Positions 13,219-21,745 are shown, counted from the stretch's first letter. The stretch: DNA of 24,000 nucleotides from Ferrimonas balearica (GCF_019802085.1 NZ_JAHVHV010000001.1:1218874-1242873); one strand, 5' to 3'. Program-made: numbers and translations. The notes: generated from the sequence alone by a model not told the origin.

Positions 13219-15606
13219 ATGGACGCCGTCATGACACAGCTGCGCTGTTTTCACTGTGACGAGCCGGTGCCCGCCAACGCGGACTTCTCCGCCCAGATTA
13301 ACGGGGAAGACAAGGCCATGTGCTGCCCGGGCTGTGCCGCGGTGGCCGACGCCATCGTTGCCGCTGGCCTGTCCGACTACTACCGCTACCGCACCGAAAA
13401 GGGCCAGCAACAGGACGTGCCGGAGGCCCTGGCGGCCCTGGTGGCTTACGACCTGGACGAGGTACAGCAGGAGTTTGTGGCCGCCCGGGGGGGTCTCAAG
13501 GAGGTGCTGCTGTCGGTGGAGGGGATCAGCTGCGCGGCTTGCGCCTGGCTGATTGAGAAACACCTCGCCGCCCTGCCCGGCGTGGCTCACGTCAGCGTCA
13601 ATACCACCACCCAGCGCGCGGTGCTGCGCTGGGACGCCACTCAGCAGAAGCTCTCTGATCTGCTGCTCTCCATGAGCCAGATTGGTTACCAGGCGGCCCC
13701 CTTCCAACAGGACGCCCAGGAAGCCAAGGACGCCCGGGAGAGCCAGAACTTCCTGCTGCGCATCGGCCTGGCGGGCCTGGCCACCATGCAGGTGATGATG
13801 CTGGCCGTGGCCCTCTACACTGGCTACTTCTACGATCTGGAGCCGGAGTACCGCGACTACTTCCGCTGGGTGAGCATGATTTTTGCTACCCCCGTGGTGC
13901 TCTACTCGGCCCAGCCCTTCTATTTCAGTGCCCTGCGCTCGCTGATGAGCCTGCGGGTCAATATGGATGTGCCGGTCTCCATCGCCATCCTGCTGGCCTA
14001 CGGCGCCAGTTGCGTCGCCACCGCTCGCGGTACCGGCGAGGTGTTCTTCGAGTCCATCTCGATGTTCACCTTCTTCCTGCTGCTGGGCCGCTTCTTCGAG
14101 CAGCGGGCCCGCCGCAAGGCCAGCGAGAACGCCAGCAACCTGCAAAAACTCATCCCGGCCACCGCCCTCCTTCTGGAGAATGGCGAGGAGCGTCAGGTGG
14201 CGGCCAAGAGTCTGAAGCCCGGCCAACGTTACCGGGTGCTGCCGGGCCAGCGCATCGCCGTGGACGGCGTGCTGCTCAGCGGAGAAACCGGCGTCAACGA
14301 GTCCATGCTCACCGGAGAACAGGAACCTGTGGCAAAAAGCCCGGGGGCGCCACTCTACGCCGGTACCGTCAACCTGGACCAGCCCATCGAAGTGGAGGTC
14401 ACCAAGGTGGGGGCCGAGCAGCGCATCAACACCCTGGTGCGTCTGCAGGAGCAGGCGGCGGCCCAAAAACCGCAGATCGCCGAGTTTGCCGACCGGGTGG
14501 CCCAGTACTTCGTGCCGGTGATCCTGCTTCTGGCCCTGGCCACCTACCTGTTCTGGCACCAACACGCCCCCGAGGACGCCTTCTGGATCATGCTCTCGGT
14601 GCTGGTAGCCACCTGCCCCTGCGCCCTGGCCCTAGCGACCCCAGCGGCCCTGACCTGTGGCACCAACCGCATGATGCAGCAGGGGCTGTTGGTGAAAAGC
14701 GGCCGGGTGCTGGAGGCCCTGCCCAAGGTCACCCATCTGCTGTTCGATAAGACCGGCACCCTGACCGAGGGTCGGCTCAGCCTGCGCCAGACCCACCAGT
14801 TAAACCGCCTCGATGAAACCGAGGCCCTGGCCATCGCCGCGGCGTTGGAGGCCCACTCCTCCCACCCGGTGGCCCGGGCCTTTGTCCCCTACCGGGACCT
14901 GGCCTACCAGGCCCAGTCGGTGGTGTACCGCACCGGCGAGGGGCTGGAGGGCAACGTCAACGGTCGCCACTACCGCATCGGACAGCAGCGCTTTGCCGGG
15001 GCCGACAACGGCGAACCCGGCTGGGTCTACCTGGCGGATGAGGCGGGTGTGGTCGCGGCCTTTGAGCTATCGGACCAACCCCGGGTGGACGCCAGCGAGA
15101 CCATCGCCCGTTTCCAACAACAGGGGCTGGCCTGCGAGATGCTCTCCGGCGATCCCAACCCCAAGGCCCGGGAGTTCGCCCAGTCCCTGGGGCTGAACCC
15201 CGCCCATTACGGCTGCAGCCCGGAGCAGAAACTGGCCCGGCTGGCCGAGCTTCAACAGCAGGGCCATAAGGTGGCGATGTTTGGCGATGGCATCAATGAT
15301 GCGCCGGTCCTGGCCGGGGCCAACGTCTCCGTGGCCATGGGCAGCGGTACCGATCTGGCCAAGTGCCATGGGGATCTGGTGCTGCTGGGTGATAAACTGG
15401 GGCCGCTGGTCCGGGGCATCGACACGGCGCGTCTGACCAACCGGGTGATCCGGCAAAACCTGGCGATCTCCCTGTGCTACAACCTGCTGATCCTGCCCCT
15501 GGCGGTCAGCGGCAATGTGCCTCCCTACCTGGCGGCCGCGGGCATGTCCCTCAGCTCCCTGGTGGTGGTGGCCAACAGCCTCCGTTTGCTTAAGAAGGTG
15601 TCATGA
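13219..15606 (+). CDS. ccoI: copper-translocating P1B-type ATPase CcoI/FixI
   Basis: The 795-aa protein has an N-terminal Cys-rich domain (CFHCDEPVP...MCCPGC) and an HMA domain (GISCAACAWLIE). It carries the transmembrane CPC motif (CPCALALATP), the phosphorylation site DKTGTLT and the hinge GDGINDAP. It starts 1 nt after the ccoH stop. Confidence 0.95.
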   Translation: MDAVMTQLRCFHCDEPVPANADFSAQINGEDKAMCCPGCAAVADAIVAAGLSDYYRYRTEKGQQQDVPEALAALVAYDLDEVQQEFVAARGGLKEVLLSVEGISCAACAWLIEKHLAALPGVAHVSVNTTTQRAVLRWDATQQKLSDLLLSMSQIGYQAAPFQQDAQEAKDARESQNFLLRIGLAGLATMQVMMLAVALYTGYFYDLEPEYRDYFRWVSMIFATPVVLYSAQPFYFSALRSLMSLRVNMDVPVSIAILLAYGASCVATARGTGEVFFESISMFTFFLLLGRFFEQRARRKASENASNLQKLIPATALLLENGEERQVAAKSLKPGQRYRVLPGQRIAVDGVLLSGETGVNESMLTGEQEPVAKSPGAPLYAGTVNLDQPIEVEVTKVGAEQRINTLVRLQEQAAAQKPQIAEFADRVAQYFVPVILLLALATYLFWHQHAPEDAFWIMLSVLVATCPCALALATPAALTCGTNRMMQQGLLVKSGRVLEALPKVTHLLFDKTGTLTEGRLSLRQTHQLNRLDETEALAIAAALEAHSSHPVARAFVPYRDLAYQAQSVVYRTGEGLEGNVNGRHYRIGQQRFAGADNGEPGWVYLADEAGVVAAFELSDQPRVDASETIARFQQQGLACEMLSGDPNPKAREFAQSLGLNPAHYGCSPEQKLARLAELQQQGHKVAMFGDGINDAPVLAGANVSVAMGSGTDLAKCHGDLVLLGDKLGPLVRGIDTARLTNRVIRQNLAISLCYNLLILPLAVSGNVPPYLAAAGMSLSSLVVVANSLRLLKKVS

Positions 15607-15761
15607 GCATCATCTACGTTTTGATCCCCATCGCCATCCTGTTCGTCTGCGTTGCAGTCGCCGCCTTCTTCTGGGCGGTGCGCTCCAAGCAGTACGAAGA
15701 TCTGGATCGCGAAGGCTACTCCATCCTCTTCGACGATAAGAAACCCTCGGACAAATCGTGA
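15603..15761 (+). CDS. ccoS: cbb3 oxidase maturation protein CcoS/FixS (52 aa)
   Basis: This gene is not in the ORF track. I translated it by hand: MSIIYVLIPIAILFVCVAVAAFFWAVRSKQYEDLDREGYSILFDDKKPSDKS*. Its ATG overlaps the ccoI stop (ATGA). It has a single TM helix and the canonical position after ccoI. Confidence 0.85.
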   Translation: MSIIYVLIPIAILFVCVAVAAFFWAVRSKQYEDLDREGYSILFDDKKPSDKS

Positions 15762-16444
15762 CCGGCGAGTACCAGTTCTTCGCCGCCGTCCTGGTGGGCC
15801 TGATGGGGGCCGCCCACTGCTTCGGCATGTGCGGCGGCATCGTCGGCGCCTTTAGCCAGGCGATGCCGGCTCACCAGCCCCTTCAGTCCCGCCTGGCCCT
15901 GCTCTTCGCCTACAACGCCGGTCGCATCGGCAGCTATGCGCTGGCCGGGGCCTTGGTGGGCGGACTGGCGGGCGCACTGGGCGCCCTGTTTGTGGTGGAC
16001 AGCTACCTGGCGGCACTGCAACTGGCTGCCGCCGGGATGCTGGTATTGATGGGGCTCTACATCGCCCAGTGGCTGCCGCTGCTGGCCCACCTGGAGCGGG
16101 CTGGCGCGCCGCTCTGGCGTGCCATGGCGCCCCTGCGCCAGCGCCTGCTGCCGATCCACACCCCACCCCGGGCCCTGCTCGCCGGCACCCTTTGGGGCTG
16201 GCTGCCCTGCGGCCTGGTTTACTCCACCCTCACCTGGGCCCTGGCCTCCGCCTCGGCGCTGGAAGGGGCCCTGATCATGCTGGGATTCGGCCTCGGCACC
16301 CTGCCGGCCCTGGTGGCCATGGGCGCTGCAGCGGACAAGTTGGCGCAGATCATCCGTAAAAAACAGATTAAGTTGTTGAGCGGTTTGGTCTTAATTGCCT
16401 ACGGCGGCCAGATGGCCTATATTGCGCTAAATCAAATTAGGTAG
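15758..16444 (+). CDS. DsbD_2 / TauE-SafE-like polytopic membrane protein linked to cbb3 maturation cluster
   Basis: The 228-aa protein has multiple TM helices and an N-terminal HCFGMCGG motif inside TM1. Its GTG start overlaps the ccoS stop (GTGA). From memory, the same position is occupied by such a gene in Vibrio and Shewanella type clusters. Confidence 0.8.
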   Translation: MTGEYQFFAAVLVGLMGAAHCFGMCGGIVGAFSQAMPAHQPLQSRLALLFAYNAGRIGSYALAGALVGGLAGALGALFVVDSYLAALQLAAAGMLVLMGLYIAQWLPLLAHLERAGAPLWRAMAPLRQRLLPIHTPPRALLAGTLWGWLPCGLVYSTLTWALASASALEGALIMLGFGLGTLPALVAMGAAADKLAQIIRKKQIKLLSGLVLIAYGGQMAYIALNQIR

Positions 16445-16498
16445 CCTGGAAGGCCCTGCTCAGTTAACATTGGGCAGAGACCAGAACACGGGATCAGG

Positions 16499-17251
16499 AT
16501 GAAATTGGATAGCCTACACGCGAAACGGCCTGCGGGCAGTGGTTGCGCCATTCACTGCCACGACTGCAGCATGTCAGAGTTGTGCATTCCCTTTACGCTC
16601 AGCACAAATGAGCTGGACAAACTCGACTCCATCATCGAGCGCAAGCGCCCCATTCAAAAAGGGGACCTGCTGTTTCAATCCGGCCAGCCCCTCAAATCCC
16701 TGTTCGCCATCCGCTCCGGCTCCATCAAGTCCTACACCATCACCGAGTCCGGTGAAGAGCAGATCACCGCCTTCCATCTGGCCGGTGACGTGGTGGGCTT
16801 CGATGGGATCCACGCCGACGCCCACCAAAGCTTCGCCCAGGCCCTGGAAACCGCCATGGTCTGTGAAATCCCCTTCGACACCCTGGACCAGCTCTCCGGC
16901 TCCATGCCGCGGCTGCGTCAGCAGATCATGCGCCTGATGAGCAACGAGATCATGGGCGACCAGGAGATGATCCTGCTGCTGTCCAAGAAGAACGCCGAGC
17001 AGCGCCTGGCGGCCTTCATCAGCAACCTGGCCACCCGCTTCGGTAACCGCGGCTTCTCCTCCAAGGAGTTCCGCCTCTCCATGACCCGAGGCGATATCGG
17101 CAACTACCTGGGACTGACGGTGGAAACCATCAGCCGCCTGTTGGGCCGCTTCCAGAAAAGCGGCCTGATTGAGGTCAAGGGCAAGTACATCACCATCACC
17201 GATGTGGACGCCCTACAGGAGTTGGCCGGCCACGCCCGCATCGGCCGCTGA
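16499..17251 (+). CDS. fnr: oxygen-sensing transcriptional regulator FNR (Anr/EtrA)
   Basis: The 250-aa protein is near-colinear with E. coli FNR. It has the N-terminal Cys cluster [18 protein letters not shown] and the internal Cys in AMVCEIPF. It also has the HTH segment [27 protein letters not shown]. Confidence 0.95.
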   Translation: MKLDSLHAKRPAGSGCAIHCHDCSMSELCIPFTLSTNELDKLDSIIERKRPIQKGDLLFQSGQPLKSLFAIRSGSIKSYTITESGEEQITAFHLAGDVVGFDGIHADAHQSFAQALETAMVCEIPFDTLDQLSGSMPRLRQQIMRLMSNEIMGDQEMILLLSKKNAEQRLAAFISNLATRFGNRGFSSKEFRLSMTRGDIGNYLGLTVETISRLLGRFQKSGLIEVKGKYITITDVDALQELAGHARIGR

Positions 17252-17260
17252 ATCCCCGAA

Positions 17261-17293
17261 ACGCCCGGCCCTGAAGCCGGGCGTTGTCTTTCT
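17261..17293 (+). terminator. rho-independent terminator after fnr
   Basis: A 9-bp stem ACGCCCGGC / GCCGGGCGT with a 6-nt loop is followed by TGTCTTTCT. Confidence 0.7.
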
Positions 17294-17376
17294 GGTGAAC
17301 TCTGATCTGGAACAAGGAAATTAGCCCCATCTTTGCCAATCTATAGGTAAAGGCTACAAGGCTTAAGGAGACAAGC

Positions 17377-18309
17377 ATGGGCACCTATCAACGCATCCTC
17401 GTTGCCGTCGATCCTACCCACGAAGCGCAGCCCGCGCTGGATCGCGCCGCCCACCTAGCCAAGTGCTGTGGGGGTGAGATGACGCTGTTCGTCTGCATCT
17501 TCGACTTCTCCTACGAGATGACCTCGATGCTCTCCGCCGATGAGCGCGAAGCGATGCGCAACAGTATCGTCACCCAGCGCCAGGCGTGGCTGGAGCAGCA
17601 GGCCCAGTCTCTGCGTGACCAAGGGGTGAAGGTCAACACCCAGGTGGCCTGGCACAATCGCCCCTTCGAGGCGATCATCCAGCAGGCCATCGCCGGCGAC
17701 CACGACGTCATCGTCAAATCCACCCACCACCACGACAAGCTCAAGTCGGTGATCTTCACCCCCACCGACTGGCACCTGTTGCGTAAGTCGCCGGTACCGG
17801 TGCTGCTGGTCAAGGAGCACGAGTGGCCGGTGCGGGGCAAAGTCCTGGTGGCGGTCAATGTGGCGGCAGAGGACGACGCCCATCAGACGCTGAATGATCA
17901 GATCCTGGTGCACGCCAAGACCCTCTGCCGGGCCATCAACGGCGAACTGCACCTGGTGAACGGCTATCCCGGCACGCCGGTGAACATCGCCATCGAACTG
18001 CCGGATTTCGACGCCCACGCCTACAACGAGTCCCTCAAGTCCCACCATCAGATGAAGGTGAGCGAACTGGCCCAGCAGCACGACATCGACACCGCCCATT
18101 GCCACGTACTGGAGGGCTTGCCGGAGGATGTCATCCCTGAGCTGGCCGAAGAGTTGGACGCGGAGCTGGTGGTGCTGGGCACCGTGGGCCGCACCGGCTT
18201 CTCCGCCGCCCTGATTGGCAACACCGCCGAACACGTCATCGACAGCCTGGACTGCGATCTGCTGGCCATCAAGCCGGAAGGCTTTGTCTCGCCGGTCAAA
18301 GCGGAGTAA
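17377..18309 (+). CDS. uspE: universal stress protein E (tandem USP domains)
   Basis: The 310-aa protein is colinear with E. coli UspE ([47 protein letters not shown]). The SD AAGGAG is present. The gene is adjacent to fnr, as in E. coli. Confidence 0.92.
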   Translation: MGTYQRILVAVDPTHEAQPALDRAAHLAKCCGGEMTLFVCIFDFSYEMTSMLSADEREAMRNSIVTQRQAWLEQQAQSLRDQGVKVNTQVAWHNRPFEAIIQQAIAGDHDVIVKSTHHHDKLKSVIFTPTDWHLLRKSPVPVLLVKEHEWPVRGKVLVAVNVAAEDDAHQTLNDQILVHAKTLCRAINGELHLVNGYPGTPVNIAIELPDFDAHAYNESLKSHHQMKVSELAQQHDIDTAHCHVLEGLPEDVIPELAEELDAELVVLGTVGRTGFSAALIGNTAEHVIDSLDCDLLAIKPEGFVSPVKAE

Positions 18310-18328
18310 CTGAGTCCGCCTCAATGAC

Positions 18329-18359
18329 AACGGCGACCCTCGGGTCGCCGTTTTTGTCT
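18329..18359 (+). terminator. rho-independent terminator after uspE (lies inside the N-terminal extension of the long ttcA ORF)
   Basis: The stem AACGGCGACCC / GGGTCGCCGTT is followed by TTTGTCT. It starts 20 nt after the uspE stop. Confidence 0.7.
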
Positions 18360-18434
18360 CCCCTGCCCCTTTACCCCGCCGGGTCAGACTGGAATAATGC
18401 CGCTCCTGTTATCCAGGCCTTTGAGGATCCCTCT

Positions 18435-19373
18435 GTGCAAGAGCTGAGTCAGAAGCAGCAAACCCGGCTGAACAAACTGCAAAAGCGGCTGCGCCGCGAA
18501 GTGGGCAGCGCCATCGACGATTACAAGATGATCGAAGAGGGCGATGTGGTGATGGTCTGCCTGTCCGGCGGAAAAGACAGCTACACCCTGCTGGACATTT
18601 TGCTGAACCTCAAACACCGTGCCCCGGTGGACTTCCAGCTGGTGGCGGTCAACCTGGATCAGAAGCAGCCCGGGTTCCCCGAGGATATCCTCCCCGCTTA
18701 CCTCAAGAGCCTCGGGGTGCCCTACCACATCTTGGAAAAGGACACCTACTCCATCGTTAAGGAGAAGATCCCCGAGGGCAAGACCACCTGCTCCCTCTGC
18801 TCCCGGCTGCGTCGCGGCACCCTGTACGGTTTTGCCCAGAAGATCGGCGCCACCAAGATCGCTCTGGGCCACCACAGGGACGACATCATCGAGACCCTGT
18901 TCCTCAACATGTTCTACGGCGGCAAGCTCAAGGCGATGCCGCCCAAGCTGCTCTCCGATGATGGCGCCAACATGGTGATCCGCCCCATGGCCTACTGCCG
19001 GGAGAAGGACATCAGCGAGTACGCTGAGCTGAAAGCCTTCCCCATCATCCCCTGCAACCTGTGCGGCTCTCAGGAGAACCTCAAGCGCAAGATGATCAAA
19101 CAGATGCTGACCGACTGGGACCGTCAGTTCCCCGGCCGCATCGAAACCATCTTTACCGCACTGCAGAACACCGCACCCTCCCAGCTGGTGGACCGCGAGC
19201 AGTTTGACTTCGTCTCCCTGGAGCGGGACCCCAACGCCGAGTTCAGCGGCAGTGTAGCCGAGGCGGATCTGCCCGCCTTTGACTTCCTCGACGTGGAAAA
19301 CTCCGGCCACATCCAGCTGGATAAGCAGGACGACTCCCAGCGCATCGAGGTGGTGGGCGTCTACCAGCCCTAA
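18435..19373 (+). CDS. ttcA: tRNA 2-thiocytidine(32) synthetase TtcA
   Basis: The protein is colinear with E. coli TtcA ([22 protein letters not shown]-loop, [18 protein letters not shown]). The track ORF starts at ATG 18324, but that extension has no homologous counterpart and contains the uspE terminator. GTG 18435 has a GAGGA SD with a 7-nt spacer and gives 312 aa, against 311 aa as I recall for E. coli TtcA. Gene confidence is high; start confidence is about 0.5. Confidence 0.88.
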   Translation: MQELSQKQQTRLNKLQKRLRREVGSAIDDYKMIEEGDVVMVCLSGGKDSYTLLDILLNLKHRAPVDFQLVAVNLDQKQPGFPEDILPAYLKSLGVPYHILEKDTYSIVKEKIPEGKTTCSLCSRLRRGTLYGFAQKIGATKIALGHHRDDIIETLFLNMFYGGKLKAMPPKLLSDDGANMVIRPMAYCREKDISEYAELKAFPIIPCNLCGSQENLKRKMIKQMLTDWDRQFPGRIETIFTALQNTAPSQLVDREQFDFVSLERDPNAEFSGSVAEADLPAFDFLDVENSGHIQLDKQDDSQRIEVVGVYQP

Positions 19374-19386
19374 GGCACAGAGGCAC

Positions 19387-19415
19387 AAAAAAGGGTCGCT
19401 TAGGCGACCCTTTTT
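19387..19415. terminator. bidirectional rho-independent terminator between convergent ttcA and the minus-strand operon
   Basis: AAAAAA-GGGTCGC-TTAG-GCGACCC-TTTTT. The A and T tracts on either side allow it to function on both strands. Confidence 0.75.
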
Positions 19416-19419
19416 GCGT

Positions 19420-20043
19420 TCAGCGTTCGATGTAGGGGCTGATCCACAGTGGCGGCTGGCTAAATTGCAGCCTGTCCTCCAGCGCCTGCCCGGTCAGGGT
19501 CAGGGTGCCATCGCCGGACAGCGGCTGACCCTGGGGGCGCACCACGGTACCGTCGGCCAGCTTGATCACCACGCCGGAGACGTCCGGCTGCAACCAGCGA
19601 AACGGGAAACCGGCGAACCGTTTCAGCACGGCGTCGAACTGGCCGATCATCGCCTGCCAGTCGGCCGCTGTAAACTCGGTCTGGGCGCTGTCGCTGTAGC
19701 GCAGCTGCATGGCGAAGTCGCACTGGGTCTCCTCGGCCACCTCCAGGCTTACTACCGCCTTGTTGTCCTTAAGCTCGGGGTCAAAGGGCACCAGCAGCTC
19801 CTGGCGAGGCCCCACCGTCAGCGGCAGAATTTGCCCCTTGTTGTGGATCTGGCCCCCTTGAATGACACAGGGCTCGCGACGCTCGCGGTGATTCAAGTAG
19901 AAGGCCATCGACACCAGGGGGTACTCGGGCTTGTTCACCACCTTGAGACGGTCATAGAAGCCGCCGTACTCCAGGTTCAGGGCCTGGGCCGGGACGCTTA
20001 ACAGGGCCGTCAGGGCGACGGCCAGGGTAGAGATGGGTTTCAC
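19420..20043 (-). CDS. secreted hypothetical protein (possibly DUF2987-like; family call from memory, weak)
   Basis: The 207-aa protein has the signal peptide MKPISTLAVALTALLSVPAQA/LN. Its GTG start overlaps the stop of the upstream Bax-like gene (GTGA). Confidence 0.7.
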   Translation of the reverse strand: MKPISTLAVALTALLSVPAQALNLEYGGFYDRLKVVNKPEYPLVSMAFYLNHRERREPCVIQGGQIHNKGQILPLTVGPRQELLVPFDPELKDNKAVVSLEVAEETQCDFAMQLRYSDSAQTEFTAADWQAMIGQFDAVLKRFAGFPFRWLQPDVSGVVIKLADGTVVRPQGQPLSGDGTLTLTGQALEDRLQFSQPPLWISPYIER

Positions 20044-20834
20044 AGGTATTGCTCGTTCTGACTTAACATCTGCATCAGTTCAGCCACGTAGGCGTCCTTG
20101 CGCTCGGAGTAGCGGATAAGCCCGGGGATCAGGTCCTCCGCGTGCACCGGCAAGCCCTCAACCCGCAGCTGATGGCGCAAGCCGCGAAGCTCCCGATAGG
20201 CGGGGTTGGTGTTCAGGTTCTTAAGGTAGGAAGCCACCGAGGCCTGAACGCTGTCGAACCGCGCCACCTCGTGGTTCATGCCACCTTGGCGCTGGTTGGG
20301 CACCAGGCCACAGCCTTTGCGAAAACACCACTGGCCAAAGTAGTTCAGGCCCTCACGGGCAAAGCGGGAGCTGCCCCAGCCGGTCTCATTGGCGGCCTGG
20401 ATCATCACCATGGCCGCCGGGATCTCATCCACCCGCTCCAGCAGGTCGTCCAGCGCCTCCGGGGTCAGGGCGCGGATCTCATAGCCGTATTCGTCCGCCA
20501 GGCTGGACAGATGTGCCGCTTCCGCCTCGCTCAAACCGGCCCCGTTGGCCACCCGGGTGCGGGCGGCCAGAACAAACTGACGCTGCTCGGCGATCTTGGC
20601 GTTCTCCGCTTCAATCAGGGGACGCAGGAAGTTGAAAAACGCGCTCTTCTTCTCCTGCACATCGGTATAGGCGTCGAAGTCCGGTTGCAGGCTGCGCGGC
20701 GGGTTTTTGATCACCGTCAGGCCGGCCACCTGACCCTGGGGTTTCTCGGTCTGGGTTTCCACCAGCACCAGGGCCGTGGCCACAGTAGCCAGGCCCAGCA
20801 GTATGCTGGCGACACGTCCGGTTTTTACTGCCAT
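20040..20834 (-). CDS. bax: Bax-like protein with glucosaminidase (FlgJ-type muramidase) domain
   Basis: The 264-aa protein has an N-terminal anchor. LLERVDEIPAAMVMIQAANETGWGSSRFAREGLNYFGQWCF...VASYLKNLNTNPAYRELR closely parallels E. coli Bax (LLERVDIIPTSMV..AAAESGWGTSKLAR..NLFGMKC...VSAYVTNLNTHPAYSSFR). Confidence 0.85.
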   Translation of the reverse strand: MAVKTGRVASILLGLATVATALVLVETQTEKPQGQVAGLTVIKNPPRSLQPDFDAYTDVQEKKSAFFNFLRPLIEAENAKIAEQRQFVLAARTRVANGAGLSEAEAAHLSSLADEYGYEIRALTPEALDDLLERVDEIPAAMVMIQAANETGWGSSRFAREGLNYFGQWCFRKGCGLVPNQRQGGMNHEVARFDSVQASVASYLKNLNTNPAYRELRGLRHQLRVEGLPVHAEDLIPGLIRYSERKDAYVAELMQMLSQNEQYL

Positions 20835-20837
20835 GGA

Positions 20838-21551
20838 TTACGCCTCGAAATGCCCGTTACTGCTCGGCCGTTCGTCCGGCGTCTCGGCTTCTTGGGCGGC
20901 GGGCGACAACTCGGGGAACAGCTCCCGGAACAGCACCCCTTTCATGTGGAAGAACAGCGGGATGGTAATGATGAGGCCCAGCCCCATGGGGATGAGGGAG
21001 ATCATCAGCACGGCGATCATCGCCGAGTAGAGGGTGATAACCGCAAACAGTTGGCCATGCACCACCTTGGCGGATTCGATCATCGCCTTAACCGGCGAGC
21101 CGCGATGGAACAGGTAGTAGAGGTTGGCCTGGCTGAGTACCGCCATCAGGTAGACCCCTGGGATGATCAGCAGCACCAGGCCAATCTGCACCAGTACCGC
21201 CGTCAGCAGAGCGATGAGCGACAGCGGCAAGGCCATGGCCCAGCCCCGAAACAGCATGGAGAGTTGGGTCGGTTGTGCGGTGGCACGGCGCCAACCCATG
21301 TAGGCCAGGGCCGCCTCGAAGGGTGCCAGGATCAGCACCAGCAGAAGCTGGGTGGGTTGCATCGCCTGTTGCAGTTGGGCCTCGTCCGCGAGATCCAGTC
21401 CCTGCCAACCGGCCACCAGTTGGATGAGGAAGATGGCGCAGGCCATGACGATGGCAAAGGTCAGGAGGGAGGCCCCAAGCATGGGTTGCAGCCCCTGACG
21501 GGTCAGGGACCAGGCTTCCTTAAGTACGGCGATAACGTCCAGCTTTTGCAT
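20838..21551 (-). CDS. polytopic inner-membrane protein, unknown function
   Basis: The 237-aa protein has 4-6 predicted hydrophobic helices and an acidic C-terminal tail. It ends 3 nt before the Bax-like gene start on the same strand. Confidence 0.75.
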   Translation of the reverse strand: MQKLDVIAVLKEAWSLTRQGLQPMLGASLLTFAIVMACAIFLIQLVAGWQGLDLADEAQLQQAMQPTQLLLVLILAPFEAALAYMGWRRATAQPTQLSMLFRGWAMALPLSLIALLTAVLVQIGLVLLIIPGVYLMAVLSQANLYYLFHRGSPVKAMIESAKVVHGQLFAVITLYSAMIAVLMISLIPMGLGLIITIPLFFHMKGVLFRELFPELSPAAQEAETPDERPSSNGHFEA

Positions 21552-21588
21552 TCAATTCCGATTCGAGTTTCAAGCGGTTAAAGCCGGG

Positions 21589-21594
21589 ATTATA
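21589..21594 (-). promoter_or_regulatory. candidate -10 hexamer (perfect TATAAT on minus strand) for the membrane-protein/bax operon
   Basis: Plus-strand ATTATA at 21589-21594 reads TATAAT on the minus strand. It lies 38-43 nt upstream of the ATG at 21551. I found no good -35. Confidence 0.3.
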
Positions 21595-21658
21595 CCCTGC
21601 CCGCCCCATTCGAAAAACGTCTTGACCGGACTTTACCTTGTTATTGGCCGGTTGCGGG

Positions 21659-21745
21659 TCACACCTTGACCGGCAGGAGCAGCACAAAAAGCATCAGCGT
21701 CAGGGTGCTGAACAGGTACAACCGTAAGATCCATCCTGGTTTCAT
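21659..21745 (-). CDS. candidate 28-aa hydrophobic micro-protein
   Basis: Translated by hand: MKPGWILRLYLFSTLTLMLFVLLLPVKV*. An SD (GGAG) lies 7 nt upstream of the ATG, and a TATACT -10-like hexamer (plus 21776-21781) lies a further ~25 nt upstream. It is the C-terminal part of track ORF 21659..21961, whose upstream part overlaps the tRNA and cannot be coding. Confidence 0.3.
   Translation of the reverse strand: MKPGWILRLYLFSTLTLMLFVLLLPVKV

Noticed and set aside
13057-14565. 502-aa minus-strand ORF, plus several plus-strand alternative-frame ORFs, inside ccoI
   Set aside because: These are shadow frames of the P-type ATPase gene. They are Arg/Gly/His/Pro-rich, low-complexity translations with no start context.
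17296-17308. FNR/CRP-like GTGAActctGATCT in the uspE promoter region
   Set aside because: Both half-sites deviate from either consensus, so this is probably chance.
20142-21581. 479-aa plus-strand ORF spanning the bax-like and membrane-protein genes
   Set aside because: It is antisense to two genes with good signal/TM features and homology. It is Gly/His/Gln/Arg-rich with no RBS.
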